This document shows, one piece after another, positions 63,962 to 64,000 of a stretch of DNA of 64,000 bases. Origin of the DNA: Candidatus Poseidoniia archaeon (GTDB lineage: Archaea; Thermoplasmatota; Poseidoniia; MGIII; CG-Epi1); assembly GCA_030754655.1 (NCBI GenBank), contig JASLZX010000002.1, positions 29,633 through 93,632 of the forward strand, read 5' to 3'. Within the stretch, counting starts at the first letter, position 1. The number at the start of each line of letters is the position of its first letter. The translations under genes and the position numbers were made by a program. A model generated the notes under the pieces. The model did no database searches. It had not been told where the DNA came from and was given only the letters and a program-made list of their open reading frames with translations.

Positions 63962-64000
63962 AAACGTTGCGACTCGCGCACGCGCACGGGGAGACTGCAA

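Overview
This is a visibly GC-rich chromosomal segment (roughly two-thirds G+C by eye, not computed), densely coding, and it comes from an archaeon. The archaeal markers are DnaG-type primase, Hef helicase/nuclease, aIF6, r-proteins S19e/L39e/L31e with the PDCD5-like DNA-binding protein, deoxyhypusine synthase, archaeal-type TpiA and LeuRS, geranylgeranyl reductase, UbiA prenyltransferases, an unlinked 5S rRNA gene and a tRNA-Ala(CGC). Bacterial-type genes are interspersed: GroES/GroEL, gyrB and gyrA at separate loci, TopA, a CcmAB-like ABC exporter and tdh-kbl. A Thermoplasmatota-like (marine group II/III-like) origin is plausible but is only an inference. I support about 62 CDS, many with 1-8 nt start/stop overlaps. 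At least 15 transcription units have an A/T-rich TATA-like box centred 22-30 nt upstream of the start codon or RNA 5' end. This suggests mostly leaderless mRNAs, and I used it to choose start codons. I found no CRISPR array, transposase, integrase, prophage or recognisable defence system, so the window is mostly housekeeping. The loci most worth follow-up are: (1) an Mrp/ApbC-DUF971 -> CCAEP-tail B12/radical-SAM -> Nfu module; (2) a ThiR-like regulator translationally coupled to an SSF transporter, next to thiamine pyrophosphokinase; (3) inositol-1-phosphate synthase translationally coupled to a MenA-like UbiA prenyltransferase; (4) a gyrA-dys-pentein-fold hydrolase operon; (5) atypical C-termini on GyrA (zinc ribbon) and TopA (tandem 60-aa repeats); (6) a low-GC island that encodes two orphan membrane proteins. 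All family assignments come from reading the translations, and no database search was run.
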